From: Escherichia coli | Lineage (GTDB): Bacteria > Pseudomonadota > Gammaproteobacteria > Enterobacterales > Enterobacteriaceae | Length of the DNA stretch: 64,000 nucleotides | Reading direction: 5' to 3' (one strand) | Assembly (NCBI RefSeq): GCF_011045215.1 | Contig: NZ_CP049201.1 | Shown: in pieces, positions 8,103-16,741 of the stretch | How the letters are laid out: each line of letters opens with the position of its first letter | Position numbering within the stretch: position 1 is the first letter of the stretch | Position numbers and translations under genes: made by a program | The notes under the pieces: generated by a model | Seen by the model: the letters and a program-made list of their open reading frames with translations, nothing else | What the model was told of the DNA's origin: nothing | The model's database searches: none

Positions 8103-8465
8103 TCATCGTAAAATATCCTCCACGCTTATCAGTCCGTTTCGCTCCAGGTAGTCCATCACCTTATCCGGCAGTTTGCAGTCCGGCTTCGCTTTCCTCAGTT
8201 GCCAGGTTAACTGCTTTACCTGCATGGTTAACTCGTCGACCAGACGCTGATACCCCACTGGTTTGTATTCATAAAATTTACCAACTGGCGCTGCTGCCAG
8301 CGATTGCAGTGCAATTTCCAGAACAGCAATATCCATCTTATATGCGCGAATGAGGTCATGGTCGATTGTACCTGGTATGCACAGTCTCTGTGATTCAATA
8401 GTCTCCTCTGCGTGGGCTATTAACTGCTCTTTGGTAAACCGTTCTTCTTTGGTCAAAGTCGCCAT
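8103..8465 (-). CDS. hypothetical phage protein
   Basis: 120-aa ORF in early-right operon; starts 1 nt after stop of upstream small ORF. Confidence 0.5.
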   Translation of the reverse strand: MATLTKEERFTKEQLIAHAEETIESQRLCIPGTIDHDLIRAYKMDIAVLEIALQSLAAAPVGKFYEYKPVGYQRLVDELTMQVKQLTWQLRKAKPDCKLPDKVMDYLERNGLISVEDILR

Positions 8466-8466
8466 T

Positions 8467-8640
8467 TTATTCTTCCTCTTCGTCTTTTATTTCGTGATAT
8501 GAGTAATTGCAGTGATTAAAGAAAACATCAATTGCCTCGTTTTCTATTTCCTCAGGAATCGCGTCATCATCCACTTCAAATACATCTTCACGCACGCCAC
8601 CAACAATCCTCGTTTCGATAACTATTTTGAATTTTCGCAT
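8467..8640 (-). CDS. small acidic hypothetical protein
   Basis: Hand-translated 57-aa ORF ([57 protein letters not shown]), GGTGG upstream, tightly coupled to next gene; below ORF-track cutoff. Confidence 0.35.
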   Translation of the reverse strand: MRKFKIVIETRIVGGVREDVFEVDDDAIPEEIENEAIDVFFNHCNYSYHEIKDEEEE

Positions 8641-8730
8641 TGTCTTACCACCATTTCTGGCAGTCTCCTGATGTTCTGAGGGTGCAGAAATCCCTCCGGT
8701 TAAGGATTTTATTTTCGATAATAATATTGG

Positions 8731-9087
8731 TTATTCTGGTCTGGTTTTTGTCGCCCTGCGTATCCGCGCTTTCACATTGCGCTCAATCTGAATTAGCTTT
8801 TCTATATTTTTACGTCTTTCCCGTTCCTCCTGACGCAATTGTTTTACATCATCTGCCAGTCTGGTTTCTCTTTTCGCCACAGAGAGCATCCAGTCAAATG
8901 GCTCCACAACTGCACCGCAGATTTTACAACGGACCTGACGCTCTTTTTCATCAACCCTGACAGAGGCGTGATGGCAATATGGTTTCTCCGATGACTCATA
9001 AAGAAAATTAACCTGATTACGTGGGTCATCCTCTTTTACCGGAAATAAAACAATATTACTTAACTCATCTTCTGGTTTTATTTCCAC
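8731..9087 (-). CDS. hypothetical zinc-ribbon protein with basic coiled-coil tail
   Basis: Track ORF trimmed to GTG at 9085-9087 with AAGGAG 6 nt upstream, overlapping upstream TGA; contains CHH...CKIC. Confidence 0.45.
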   Translation of the reverse strand: MEIKPEDELSNIVLFPVKEDDPRNQVNFLYESSEKPYCHHASVRVDEKERQVRCKICGAVVEPFDWMLSVAKRETRLADDVKQLRQEERERRKNIEKLIQIERNVKARIRRATKTRPE

Positions 9088-9088
9088 G

Positions 9089-9418
9089 TCACTCTCCTTT
9101 GATGCGAATACCTGCCACACGTAGTGCATGCTCCAAATCAGCCAGATAAAGCCAGCGTCCATGCTCTCTGGGCATCATGACATATTGCTCATCGGCATTT
9201 ATCGGATGACCCCTTCGAAGGTCATAGCAAGTCGGTAACTGCACTGTCCTTGCTTCCAGCTCTGCAATGCGTTTATCTCTGGCTTCCAGTTCGTCCAGTA
9301 ACGCCAGCACAACCTGCGGTGTGACTTTCATGCGAAACGCCAGCAGTTTCTGAGGTGTGGACACTGTTTTTATTGCCTCTGCCACATCACGCAACGCCTG
9401 GTTGTTAATCTGATTCAC
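9089..9418 (-). CDS. hypothetical phage protein
   Basis: 109-aa ORF, start overlaps stop of upstream gene. Confidence 0.5.
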   Translation of the reverse strand: MNQINNQALRDVAEAIKTVSTPQKLLAFRMKVTPQVVLALLDELEARDKRIAELEARTVQLPTCYDLRRGHPINADEQYVMMPREHGRWLYLADLEHALRVAGIRIKGE

Positions 9419-9756
9419 TGCATCACCTCACGATTCCTCAACCAGATACAAACCGGTCCATCCTCGGTGTCATGAATGGAGCCAATAAACCAGCCCTCAC
9501 CCTCTGGTCGTTCAGGTTCCCATGCGGAAATATCGGGACCATCTGCATCCGGGTTAAAATCATCTTCATCCATACTGCGAATAGTCCACTGAAGATTATT
9601 TACCTTCATCCAGGCGTTAAATTCTTCCGTCGAAATATACTCCCGGCCATCACAAAATTTTTCATATTCAGGATGCGTCCAGCAGCCATATTCATCACGT
9701 TCTACCGGCAGTTCTTTGATTTCAATCAAAACATTAACTCCATTAAGATAATGCAA
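9415..9756 (-). CDS. hypothetical phage protein (acidic)
   Basis: 113-aa ORF in operon register. Confidence 0.5.
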   Translation of the reverse strand: MHYLNGVNVLIEIKELPVERDEYGCWTHPEYEKFCDGREYISTEEFNAWMKVNNLQWTIRSMDEDDFNPDADGPDISAWEPERPEGEGWFIGSIHDTEDGPVCIWLRNREVMQ

Positions 9757-9925
9757 AACAAATTAACCACACCACGACAACCGATGCTATTAACACCCTG
9801 ATTGCAAACAGCGGGCTGATATGTCGAAAAGGATTTTCCCAGATAATAAAAGCCGCTGCCAGAAATGCACTGATAAGTAAAACAATAACAAACAGCTCAA
9901 TTTTGATTATCCAGAACATATTCAC
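9743..9925 (-). CDS. small hydrophobic membrane protein
   Basis: 60-aa ORF, almost entirely hydrophobic. Confidence 0.35.
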   Translation of the reverse strand: MNMFWIIKIELFVIVLLISAFLAAAFIIWENPFRHISPLFAIRVLIASVVVVWLICFALS

Positions 9926-10212
9926 TGCATCGCCTTCTGTAAAATAACCGCATGCCCCAGCTTCTCCGCCAGCGCCAGTTCTGCCTTAGCACCCGCCGAC
10001 CGCTGCCAGCCATTCAGCATGTAAATCGCATCCACGCAACGTATCATCGCCATGCAGATATCCATGTACTGCGACTGAGTCAGTCCGTCCGGAAGTACTG
10101 CCGGGTTTAAGACGGTATGCCCTTCCCGTTTCAGTTCCTCTTCCGCTTTGTGAAACGCCTCACGGTTGAAGTTTTCATGGCCAGTCATCGGCCCTGCGAC
10201 ATAAACCTTCAT
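9922..10212 (-). CDS. DUF4406-like protein (nucleoside 2-deoxyribosyltransferase-like fold)
   Basis: N-terminus MKVYVAGPMTG is characteristic of this family. Confidence 0.55.
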   Translation of the reverse strand: MKVYVAGPMTGHENFNREAFHKAEEELKREGHTVLNPAVLPDGLTQSQYMDICMAMIRCVDAIYMLNGWQRSAGAKAELALAEKLGHAVILQKAMQ

Positions 10213-10658
10213 ATCGTTTTTACTGTCCCTTTATTGTCCCTGTAAAACATCAAAACCCGCTGCATAACATCGCTATTCCGGCACTCACGACAGATTATGT
10301 TCTGACGCCTGTCATAGCGGCGTATTTCTCCATCTGGTAATGAATAAATCAGGTCTGGGTCGCTCTTTTTCTTCGCTCTGTTTTTCTTCACTCCCCCTTT
10401 CGCGATCTTTTGGTGAGCCCTTTCCCAGTCCCTGTGCGCCTGCTCAGACGGAAATACCCCGTAGTCAGAGTTGTACACCTCACCGCTGGCAGCAAGCTCT
10501 CTGGATAAGCGACCGGTAGTGACTCTGCTGACACCCGTTTTATCTGCCAACTGCTGATGTGTTTCTCGCCCACTCTGGCGTACGAGCTCCACAATGCGCG
10601 CCTTCACTTCTTCCCGTTGTTCGTGTGTGAAAGGTTTTGCCATAAGCGCCTCCGGCAA
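10209..10658 (-). CDS. hypothetical phage protein, possible DNA-binding
   Basis: 149-aa ORF, basic, overlaps neighbours by 4 nt. Confidence 0.5.
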   Translation of the reverse strand: MPEALMAKPFTHEQREEVKARIVELVRQSGRETHQQLADKTGVSRVTTGRLSRELAASGEVYNSDYGVFPSEQAHRDWERAHQKIAKGGVKKNRAKKKSDPDLIYSLPDGEIRRYDRRQNIICRECRNSDVMQRVLMFYRDNKGTVKTI

Positions 10659-11429
10659 TCACTTTTCTGATGCAACACGGCGGGAAGAATCAGTCATCTG
10701 CCGGAAAATATCCCGGTGCTTGTTCAGCTCCCGCAGCGCAGCGCAGACACGTTCCCACTTCCGGATATGACTTTTTGCCCGGCGCAGTTCACGGTTTGCC
10801 ATATGTAGCGATGGCAGCATTACATAGTCGGTATGTTTTTCGGTGAACAATGGCAGTGACTGCACAATATCCGCCACCGTTTCTGTTTTAATTTCTTCCT
10901 GTGTTGCAACCTCCTGTACTGGTAACGCAACCCCCGCTGGCTGAGGAAAGGCTTTACCATCAGTTTCCGCTACCGATGCGGCTTTCAGTTCTGCTGGTAA
11001 ATTCTCGCCTGGCATGCAGTAACGAAATTTACCGTTCTGATTAACGCGTGCCAGTCGCCCTGTTGAGGTTACTACCGCCAGCGTGGAAGCAACCTTGCGA
11101 ATGCTGACACCGAACTTACCCGCCAGTTCCTCACACGTTTTAGCCCCCTCCTGGCCGATAAACTCAATCATCATGTCAGCGGTAACTTTTTGTTCGCCCA
11201 CCCCGGTTAGCACATCCGGTGCTTCAGATTGTACTGGCTGCTCTTCGGTTACCCCGGATTCACCTTCGCCAGCCAGAAACCAGGTGTGGCCAGTTTTATC
11301 AACGACGCCATTTCTTTTGAGTTCCCACAGCTCGTTCAGAACTTCTTCACGACTGATTTCAAGTCGTGCGACCAGTTCCACCGACGTGGCTTTTCCCATT
11401 GCTTTCAGTGCATCAAAAACGGTCTCCAT
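10659..11429 (-). CDS. hypothetical phage protein (DUF1627-like)
   Basis: 256-aa ORF following the helicase loader. Confidence 0.5.
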   Translation of the reverse strand: METVFDALKAMGKATSVELVARLEISREEVLNELWELKRNGVVDKTGHTWFLAGEGESGVTEEQPVQSEAPDVLTGVGEQKVTADMMIEFIGQEGAKTCEELAGKFGVSIRKVASTLAVVTSTGRLARVNQNGKFRYCMPGENLPAELKAASVAETDGKAFPQPAGVALPVQEVATQEEIKTETVADIVQSLPLFTEKHTDYVMLPSLHMANRELRRAKSHIRKWERVCAALRELNKHRDIFRQMTDSSRRVASEK

Positions 11430-11468
11430 TAAAATTTCCTCCCGGTAAAATTATTTCTCAATTCCTGG

Positions 11469-12197
11469 CTAACCAACATTTGAACGCCAGCTCTCCCAGT
11501 TAAAATTCACCCAGCGACCACCGTTCATGGTCATGCGGTCCATCACGCGCTCGCCAAGCAGCGTATTCATTGCCGTATGGTTCAGGTTCGTCAGCATCCC
11601 GACGCTGTGCATCGAGGCTGTTCTGCGATCGACTATCTGGTTCAGTGTGACCTGTTCGTTACGCGTATCCCGCTGCATACCAATTTCATCCAGGACAAGC
11701 AGGTCAACTTCACACAACCCCTGCAAAAATTTTTCGCCCGAGTTTTTGTTGTCGTAGTTGCCGTGTAACGCCAGCATCACATCCGCCACCGTCACCACAA
11801 TCACGCTGCGACCTTTCGCCAGAAGATGGTTGCCAATGGCTGCTGCCAGATGATTCTTTCCGGTACCCGGCTTACCGCTGAACACGAAATTTGTGCATCC
11901 GGTCATCATTTCTTCCGCGATGGATTTTGCCTGGCTCAGCGCGTGGCGTTGGCCATCGTTCTTCACCTGGTAATTCGCAAACGAACACTTCTGGTGCAAC
12001 AGTTGGATACCGGAACGCTTCATAATTTTCTCCACCCGGATCTGGCGATTCTGGCGGTTAATTTCCTCACTACGCTTTCGCCCTTCTGCAAGCTGCCACT
12101 CTCGCCACTCGTCCACTGTCCGGTACGGCGCGGTTACATGCTGCGGGGCCAGCTTACGGATACGCTCAAGAACACCACCTGCCGCAATATTTTTCAT
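11469..12197 (-). CDS. DnaC/IstB-like replicative helicase loader
   Basis: Walker A FSGKPGTGKNHLAAAIG and Walker B LLVLDEIG; position equivalent to lambda P / Rac YdaV. Confidence 0.85.
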   Translation of the reverse strand: MKNIAAGGVLERIRKLAPQHVTAPYRTVDEWREWQLAEGRKRSEEINRQNRQIRVEKIMKRSGIQLLHQKCSFANYQVKNDGQRHALSQAKSIAEEMMTGCTNFVFSGKPGTGKNHLAAAIGNHLLAKGRSVIVVTVADVMLALHGNYDNKNSGEKFLQGLCEVDLLVLDEIGMQRDTRNEQVTLNQIVDRRTASMHSVGMLTNLNHTAMNTLLGERVMDRMTMNGGRWVNFNWESWRSNVG

Positions 12198-12203
12198 AAC
12201 CCG

Positions 12204-13313
12204 TTACCCCCTGAATCCCGGCGGAATTTCGGTATCCGGTTCAGAAATATGATTCACACAACGCTGGTTGTTCGTGCCGCTTACCGGGAGCAACCAGGGG
12301 TTTTCAAAATTCCGGTCCGGTCCAAAAAACGTCGTCGCTCGCTGAACAAATTCCGTTCCCGCTTTCCCGGTCGCCGCCAGGTATCTCGCGTAACGCCTCA
12401 CACCATCCAGCATGGTCTCTGGTGGCACCCCCTCGCGCAATCTGGCCTTCCAGGCACTGAATGCGGATTTCTTCGGGTTTGCCCCGGCACGCAACGGGTA
12501 TTCCCGCCAGACCTGTTCGAACACATCCGGATAATCCACTCGTCCCACAGGCCGCCCGGTGTTTTCCGGGACTACCCGATCGGCTTCCCGCTGAATGGCG
12601 GAATCGGCTTCAGGCTGCTGCAGTTGGTGTGATTGCTCCGACCCTGCGGTCATCACCTGCTGCACAGCGCCCGAATCGGTTTTCAGCGCATACGCCGAAT
12701 CGGCTTCCGGTGTCGTGCCTGCTGGCTGACCAGAATTTACGGTCTGAACATCCCCTGCCTGGTTCGTGGTGTTTTTTTCGCCATGAGCTATAGTGTTTTT
12801 GTCCTGTTCTTTCTCCTGCTCCTGTTCCTGTTCTTGGCTTCGAAGCCCCTTAAAAGCCCCTTCGAAGCCCCTTACCGAATTTCGGCTATTATTCCGCCTC
12901 ACATCCAGATGGAAATCCGTTTTATATCTGTCGTAAAACGCTGACAGAAAAGCGTTTTCAGGTAATGATGCATACTCATTCCTGACACCTGCACAACGGT
13001 TATCGCCAGGCTTCAACGTTTCCCCAACCTGCCAGGCTGCCATTTCATGGACCCAGACCATCTCGGCATCATGGTCATAGCTACAAAAACCAGCTTCAAC
13101 AGCCCTTTTAAGCCCCTTTGAAGCCCCTTCCAGACCAAGCCCGGTTTCATGAGCAAGGTATAAAACTGGCAGGTAATACAAACCCAGCATATTTGCGTGA
13201 GGGGATGTCATCAGGTAAAAAGCAACAACTTGCGCTTCTGCACCCGCCTTTCTAAGTTCTCTCCCCGTTTCTCCCAGCCAGAATCGCGGAGAAACTTTTG
13301 CGTAATCACGCAT
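12204..13313 (-). CDS. replication initiator (O-like / YdaU-like) with internal iterons
   Basis: Track ORF trimmed to ATG 13311-13313 preceded by GAGG; immediately upstream of the helicase loader; contains iteron-like repeats and an acidic QEQEQEQEKEQ linker. Confidence 0.65.
   Translation of the reverse strand: MRDYAKVSPRFWLGETGRELRKAGAEAQVVAFYLMTSPHANMLGLYYLPVLYLAHETGLGLEGASKGLKRAVEAGFCSYDHDAEMVWVHEMAAWQVGETLKPGDNRCAGVRNEYASLPENAFLSAFYDRYKTDFHLDVRRNNSRNSVRGFEGAFKGLRSQEQEQEQEKEQDKNTIAHGEKNTTNQAGDVQTVNSGQPAGTTPEADSAYALKTDSGAVQQVMTAGSEQSHQLQQPEADSAIQREADRVVPENTGRPVGRVDYPDVFEQVWREYPLRAGANPKKSAFSAWKARLREGVPPETMLDGVRRYARYLAATGKAGTEFVQRATTFFGPDRNFENPWLLPVSGTNNQRCVNHISEPDTEIPPGFRG
12843..12873. 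repeat. iteron-like direct repeats, three AAGCCCCTT copies at 11-bp period
   Basis: Copies at 12843-12851, 12854-12862, 12865-12873 inside the O-like gene. Confidence 0.6.
13101..13129. repeat. second iteron cluster (AAGCCCCTT x2 plus a degenerate copy)
   Basis: AGCCCTTTT at 13101-13109, then AAGCCCCTT at 13110-13118 and 13121-13129. Confidence 0.5.
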
Positions 13314-13530
13314 GGCTACCTCATCTGGTGCCGAACCTTCCTCCGGATATAATCTGTGGTTCCCAATCGACAGAACCAGAGGAGGTTCGACATGTATTTT
13401 TTGAAAAGCCTTTATCAGGCTCATGTATTAAATGTTGCAGCAACAAACCGCTGGTGTAACAGCCCCGAAATGCTCCCGGATTACAGAGCCTGGCTGCGCG
13501 CCGAAACATACCTTCGTCTCGACATATTGA

Positions 13531-14040
13531 TTAGCGAACTTCAAAAAGAGACTGCATCCATTCATAACCTTCAGGGTATCGACGCTGTTCGCATTCTGGT
13601 ATCGCGCCATAGTGCTCTCTCAATAATTGAAGTGCGTCATCTCTCTTTTTCTGAACTGATTTTCTTGCTTCAACCAGCTCTGGAATCAGCGAATATCCCA
13701 CCGAAAGTGATCCAATACCCACCTCATGTTGACGAGCAGTTACAAGATGTGCCATACAACCAGCGTGCTGGATTGACTCCCTGCTCAGAGGCTGAATGGG
13801 ATCACTCTCTGCTGAAGAAATACCAAGATTTGTATAATCCTCAATAAGCCCGGCACACGCTTCTGCATCAGCCAGCTTTATTCTGGTTTCCTTGCGCTGC
13901 TCTCTGGCTGACAAACGCCAGAGCAGCGCATTAGCTTTATGTATCAACCACTCTGCCAGCTCCACATCAGATAAACCGCCACGCCAGATGTGCGGACTGT
14001 TTTCGTAAACGCTCAGTGTCAATTTTTTGTCATTACTCAT
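13531..14040 (-). CDS. hypothetical protein between YdaT-like and O-like genes (strand ambiguous)
   Basis: 169-aa ORF from ATG 14038-14040, 13 nt after the YdaT-like stop, weak RBS; overlaps a plus-strand ORF that has a strong SD. Confidence 0.4.
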   Translation of the reverse strand: MSNDKKLTLSVYENSPHIWRGGLSDVELAEWLIHKANALLWRLSAREQRKETRIKLADAEACAGLIEDYTNLGISSAESDPIQPLSRESIQHAGCMAHLVTARQHEVGIGSLSVGYSLIPELVEARKSVQKKRDDALQLLREHYGAIPECEQRRYPEGYEWMQSLFEVR

Positions 14041-14053
14041 ATTTATTACCCAA

Positions 14054-14479
14054 TTAATGCACAGCCAGAGTGTTTCCTGCCGGGCCACCACGATTCATCT
14101 GATCGAACAGAACGATCGCTGATGCAACGAAATCATCAATATCTTTCACCAGCCGTTCCTTCGTCTCTACCAACTCCCGAAAATAAGCGGAACTGTGGCT
14201 GCGCATTCGGGCCACCAGCGGAGGCGGCATTGCTTTTTCGATCGCTGGTAACAACGCCTGAATTTTTTTAACCGCATCAGGGGTGTCTTTATCCAGCCAA
14301 CGGAAAATTTTCTGGGTATTACGAGCCAGCGCTTCCGGATGCCTGTCGTCATATAGCTCCGGGAACGTCATACCCAGCTCAAAATAAGCCTGGGTTATTT
14401 CAGCTGCCGGAACTTTTTCACCGTCCGGATGCGCCCAGGCATTCATCGCCATACGGATGTGTTCATGCTTGATTTTCAT
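14054..14479 (-). CDS. YdaT-like regulator (CII-like position)
   Basis: 141 aa; N-terminus MKIKHEHI and length match remembered Rac YdaT; follows the Cro-like gene with a 17-nt overlap. Confidence 0.7.
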   Translation of the reverse strand: MKIKHEHIRMAMNAWAHPDGEKVPAAEITQAYFELGMTFPELYDDRHPEALARNTQKIFRWLDKDTPDAVKKIQALLPAIEKAMPPPLVARMRSHSSAYFRELVETKERLVKDIDDFVASAIVLFDQMNRGGPAGNTLAVH

Positions 14480-14738
14480 GAATCAACTCCGGTGTATTTG
14501 GTGTGTTAGCCTTATCTCCAGCAGGCAACCCGTCAGTTGGATTCGGGTATAAATCTGGTCGCAATTCATGAGGAGTCACCCCAGTTGCAATATAAATTTG
14601 ACGAACCCGTTCCCCCGTCGGAACTCGACCATTGTATTCATTTGCCCATTTGTGTATTTGAGATGGCCAAGCCCCTATTGCACGCCCTAGTGGACGAATA
14701 CCACCAGCAATCTTTATTGCTTTGTCCAATGCTGTCAT
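14463..14738 (-). CDS. Cro/YdaS-like HTH regulator
   Basis: 91-aa ORF divergent from the repressor gene; GGAGG upstream; helix-turn-helix-like segment GIRPLGRAIGAWPSQIHKW. Confidence 0.65.
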   Translation of the reverse strand: MTALDKAIKIAGGIRPLGRAIGAWPSQIHKWANEYNGRVPTGERVRQIYIATGVTPHELRPDLYPNPTDGLPAGDKANTPNTPELIHENQA

Positions 14739-14807
14739 ACAACCTCCAGTTCAACTAATCATAACAATTGTTCACTTAAAACGAACATAAGTCAACACCT
14801 CGAGGAA

Positions 14808-14835
14808 TTGTTAGTGTTCACTGAACGGTTATAAT
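14808..14835 (+). promoter_or_regulatory. sigma70-like promoter for the repressor gene; transcript probably leaderless
   Basis: TTGTTA (14808-14813), 16-nt spacer, TATAAT (14830-14835); ATG at 14842, only 6 nt after the -10; palindrome GTTCAcTGAAC (14816-14826) in the spacer. Confidence 0.4.
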
Positions 14836-14841
14836 TGCTAA

Positions 14842-15231
14842 ATGGACATGAGAAAAAAGCAATACGACACCCCGCTAGCAGAAAGGTTAGATGCGATCTC
14901 TCAACAGCATCATTTAAGTGGTTCAGATTTAGCGCGTATCGCTGGTGTAGGTCGTTCATCAGTCAACGCATGGAAAAAAAGAGGAACAATCAGTAAAGAT
15001 TCCGCAGCCAAAATTGCAGAAGCCACAAACGTTTCCCTTTCTTGGCTACTGACAGGGAAAGAAGAGACAAATAGAGAAGCGCTTGATGATGACGAGAAGG
15101 CCCTGCTTGATGTTTACAGAAACCTGCCACCTGTAGAACGTAGAAATATGCTGGCAGCTTTTCAAATGCGACTTCAAAAACTGACCGAATTTTACTCAGA
15201 ATACGTCGACCCAATAACACGACAAAAATAA
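14842..15231 (+). CDS. prophage repressor-like HTH protein (XRE family, no peptidase domain)
   Basis: 129 aa; HTH segment LSGSDLARIAGVGRSSVNAWKK; divergent from the Cro-like gene across a 103-bp operator region. Confidence 0.65.
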   Translation: MDMRKKQYDTPLAERLDAISQQHHLSGSDLARIAGVGRSSVNAWKKRGTISKDSAAKIAEATNVSLSWLLTGKEETNREALDDDEKALLDVYRNLPPVERRNMLAAFQMRLQKLTEFYSEYVDPITRQK

Positions 15232-15399
15232 TTCTTTATTTTACAGAATCATACCGCCGCAAGGCGGTTTTTTTTACCTTTTACGTATTCATAATGTTGA
15301 CTTTTGTTCACCCAAAGAGAACAATGTATTCCATCAAAGCACAACGGTGCGACAGGTCTTAGTTCCGCTACCCCGGCGTTAAGGGGAAATGAGGTCAAC

Positions 15400-15555
15400 A
15401 TGGATACTATCGATCTTGGCAACAACGAATCTCTGGTATACGGCGTGTTCCCCAACCAGGACGGCACGTTCACCGCCATGACGTATACCAAAAGCAAAAC
15501 GTTTAAAACCGAATCTGGCGCGCGTCGCTGGCTGGAAAGAAACTCAGGTGAGTGA
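15400..15555 (+). CDS. small protein, YdaF-like
   Basis: 51 aa from internal ATG of the track ORF; resembles remembered Rac YdaF and occupies the same position next to the repressor. Confidence 0.45.
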   Translation: MDTIDLGNNESLVYGVFPNQDGTFTAMTYTKSKTFKTESGARRWLERNSGE

Positions 15556-15556
15556 T

Positions 15557-15685
15557 ATGGATTTCGACACAATCATGGAAAAGGCTTACGAAGAATACTT
15601 CGAAGGCCTTGCCGAAGGCGAAGAAGCTCTCAGCTTCAGCGAATTTAAACAGGCGCTTTCCAGTTCGGTAAAATCTAACGGCTGA
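15557..15685 (+). CDS. small acidic protein, YdaG-like
   Basis: Hand-translated 42 aa (MDFDTIMEKAYEEYFEGLAEGEEALSFSEFKQALSSSVKSNG); ATG 2 nt after the upstream stop. Confidence 0.45.
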   Translation: MDFDTIMEKAYEEYFEGLAEGEEALSFSEFKQALSSSVKSNG

Positions 15686-15714
15686 TAAGCGAAGCGGCAC
15701 CGCGAGGAATCAGT

Positions 15715-15933
15715 ATGCAGAAACGAGAACCCCTCATCATCGCACCAGACTATACCGATGATGAACTTTATGAGTGGATGCGCGGGAAGATACGCGCCAT
15801 TAATGACCTGAAGCAGGCCACTGACCACAAAGAGCGCCTCTCTGAAACACTGACGTCAGTGACGCAGGATATTATCGCTCTGGCAAAAAGCGCGGCATTA
15901 AACGTTTCGCGACCGGTAAAAACAACTGACTAA
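15715..15933 (+). CDS. hypothetical early-left protein
   Basis: 72-aa ORF with GAGGAA upstream. Confidence 0.4.
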   Translation: MQKREPLIIAPDYTDDELYEWMRGKIRAINDLKQATDHKERLSETLTSVTQDIIALAKSAALNVSRPVKTTD

Positions 15934-15944
15934 TGAGGTTAACC

Positions 15945-16103
15945 ATGAATGAGGCAGAACTGAGACACGTTATAGCATTGCTTCTGGAAGATGCAAAACG
16001 TCTACATGAACTGGAACCAAATGCAGGCACAGGGGCCCGTATTTTGTTAGCAAAAAAATGTCTTGCTTCACAAGTGGTAAAAGCAACTGAACAGCGAGGT
16101 TAA
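15945..16103 (+). CDS. hypothetical small protein
   Basis: Hand-translated 52 aa; TGAGG 7 nt upstream; stop overlaps next start (TAATGATG). Confidence 0.35.
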   Translation: MNEAELRHVIALLLEDAKRLHELEPNAGTGARILLAKKCLASQVVKATEQRG

Positions 16104-16741
16104 TGATGGAATTTAAAGATTTACCGCTATCAATCCAGGGGATTGCAGCACACACACTACGTCAACGTCTGAACGAAGCTATGGCTGAATCTGCAACGAA
16201 AGAAACCATTGATAACATGGCTCGTAATGTGCACGATGCGTTTACCGGATTGTATTTCTGTGCGTCTGTAAATAAACACGACCCAGAGAGTGTGGCAAAG
16301 AAAATTGCAGAAACGACAGTGCAAAACATCAATACGAAACCAACCGAAGACGAAATTGACCAGCCTGCCAGTGAACAAAAGAAAGAAAAATCGCCATATG
16401 CGGGGAACATGTTTGTTTATGACAAACTTATCCGAATTCGTGGCGAAATTCCGACTGAATACCTGGCAAAAATTCACCAGGCATTACTTAAAAATCTGGA
16501 AACGGAAGTATTTGATGGCAACACCAACGGCTCCTTCGTGGTGTCAGCCCTCACAAAAGAATGGGATACAGATAATCGCCGGAATGTTGCTACATGGTTA
16601 TTCAGCAACAAAGCTGCTGCCCTGGAAGCTGCGGCCTGTATTTGCGACCTGCTAAGGACAGACCGCAAATACAACCTGGATGTGTATAGCTATATTTATG
16701 CTGAACACTATCCACTCTGGATTGACTGGTTTAAAGGGTAA
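16103..16741 (+). CDS. hypothetical early-left protein, family not recognised
   Basis: 212-aa ORF translationally coupled to upstream small ORF. Confidence 0.55.
   Translation: MMEFKDLPLSIQGIAAHTLRQRLNEAMAESATKETIDNMARNVHDAFTGLYFCASVNKHDPESVAKKIAETTVQNINTKPTEDEIDQPASEQKKEKSPYAGNMFVYDKLIRIRGEIPTEYLAKIHQALLKNLETEVFDGNTNGSFVVSALTKEWDTDNRRNVATWLFSNKAAALEAAACICDLLRTDRKYNLDVYSYIYAEHYPLWIDWFKG

Noticed and set aside
7934-8353. 139-aa plus-strand ORF next to hok
   Set aside because: Overlaps the hok leader region and the 8103-8465 minus-strand gene; no RBS; composition poor.
12780-12850. Short CTCCTG/TTCCTG repeats considered as a possible CRISPR-like or microsatellite array
   Set aside because: Only a few imperfect 6-bp units encoding the QEQEQ linker of the replication protein; no spacer-repeat architecture anywhere in the window.
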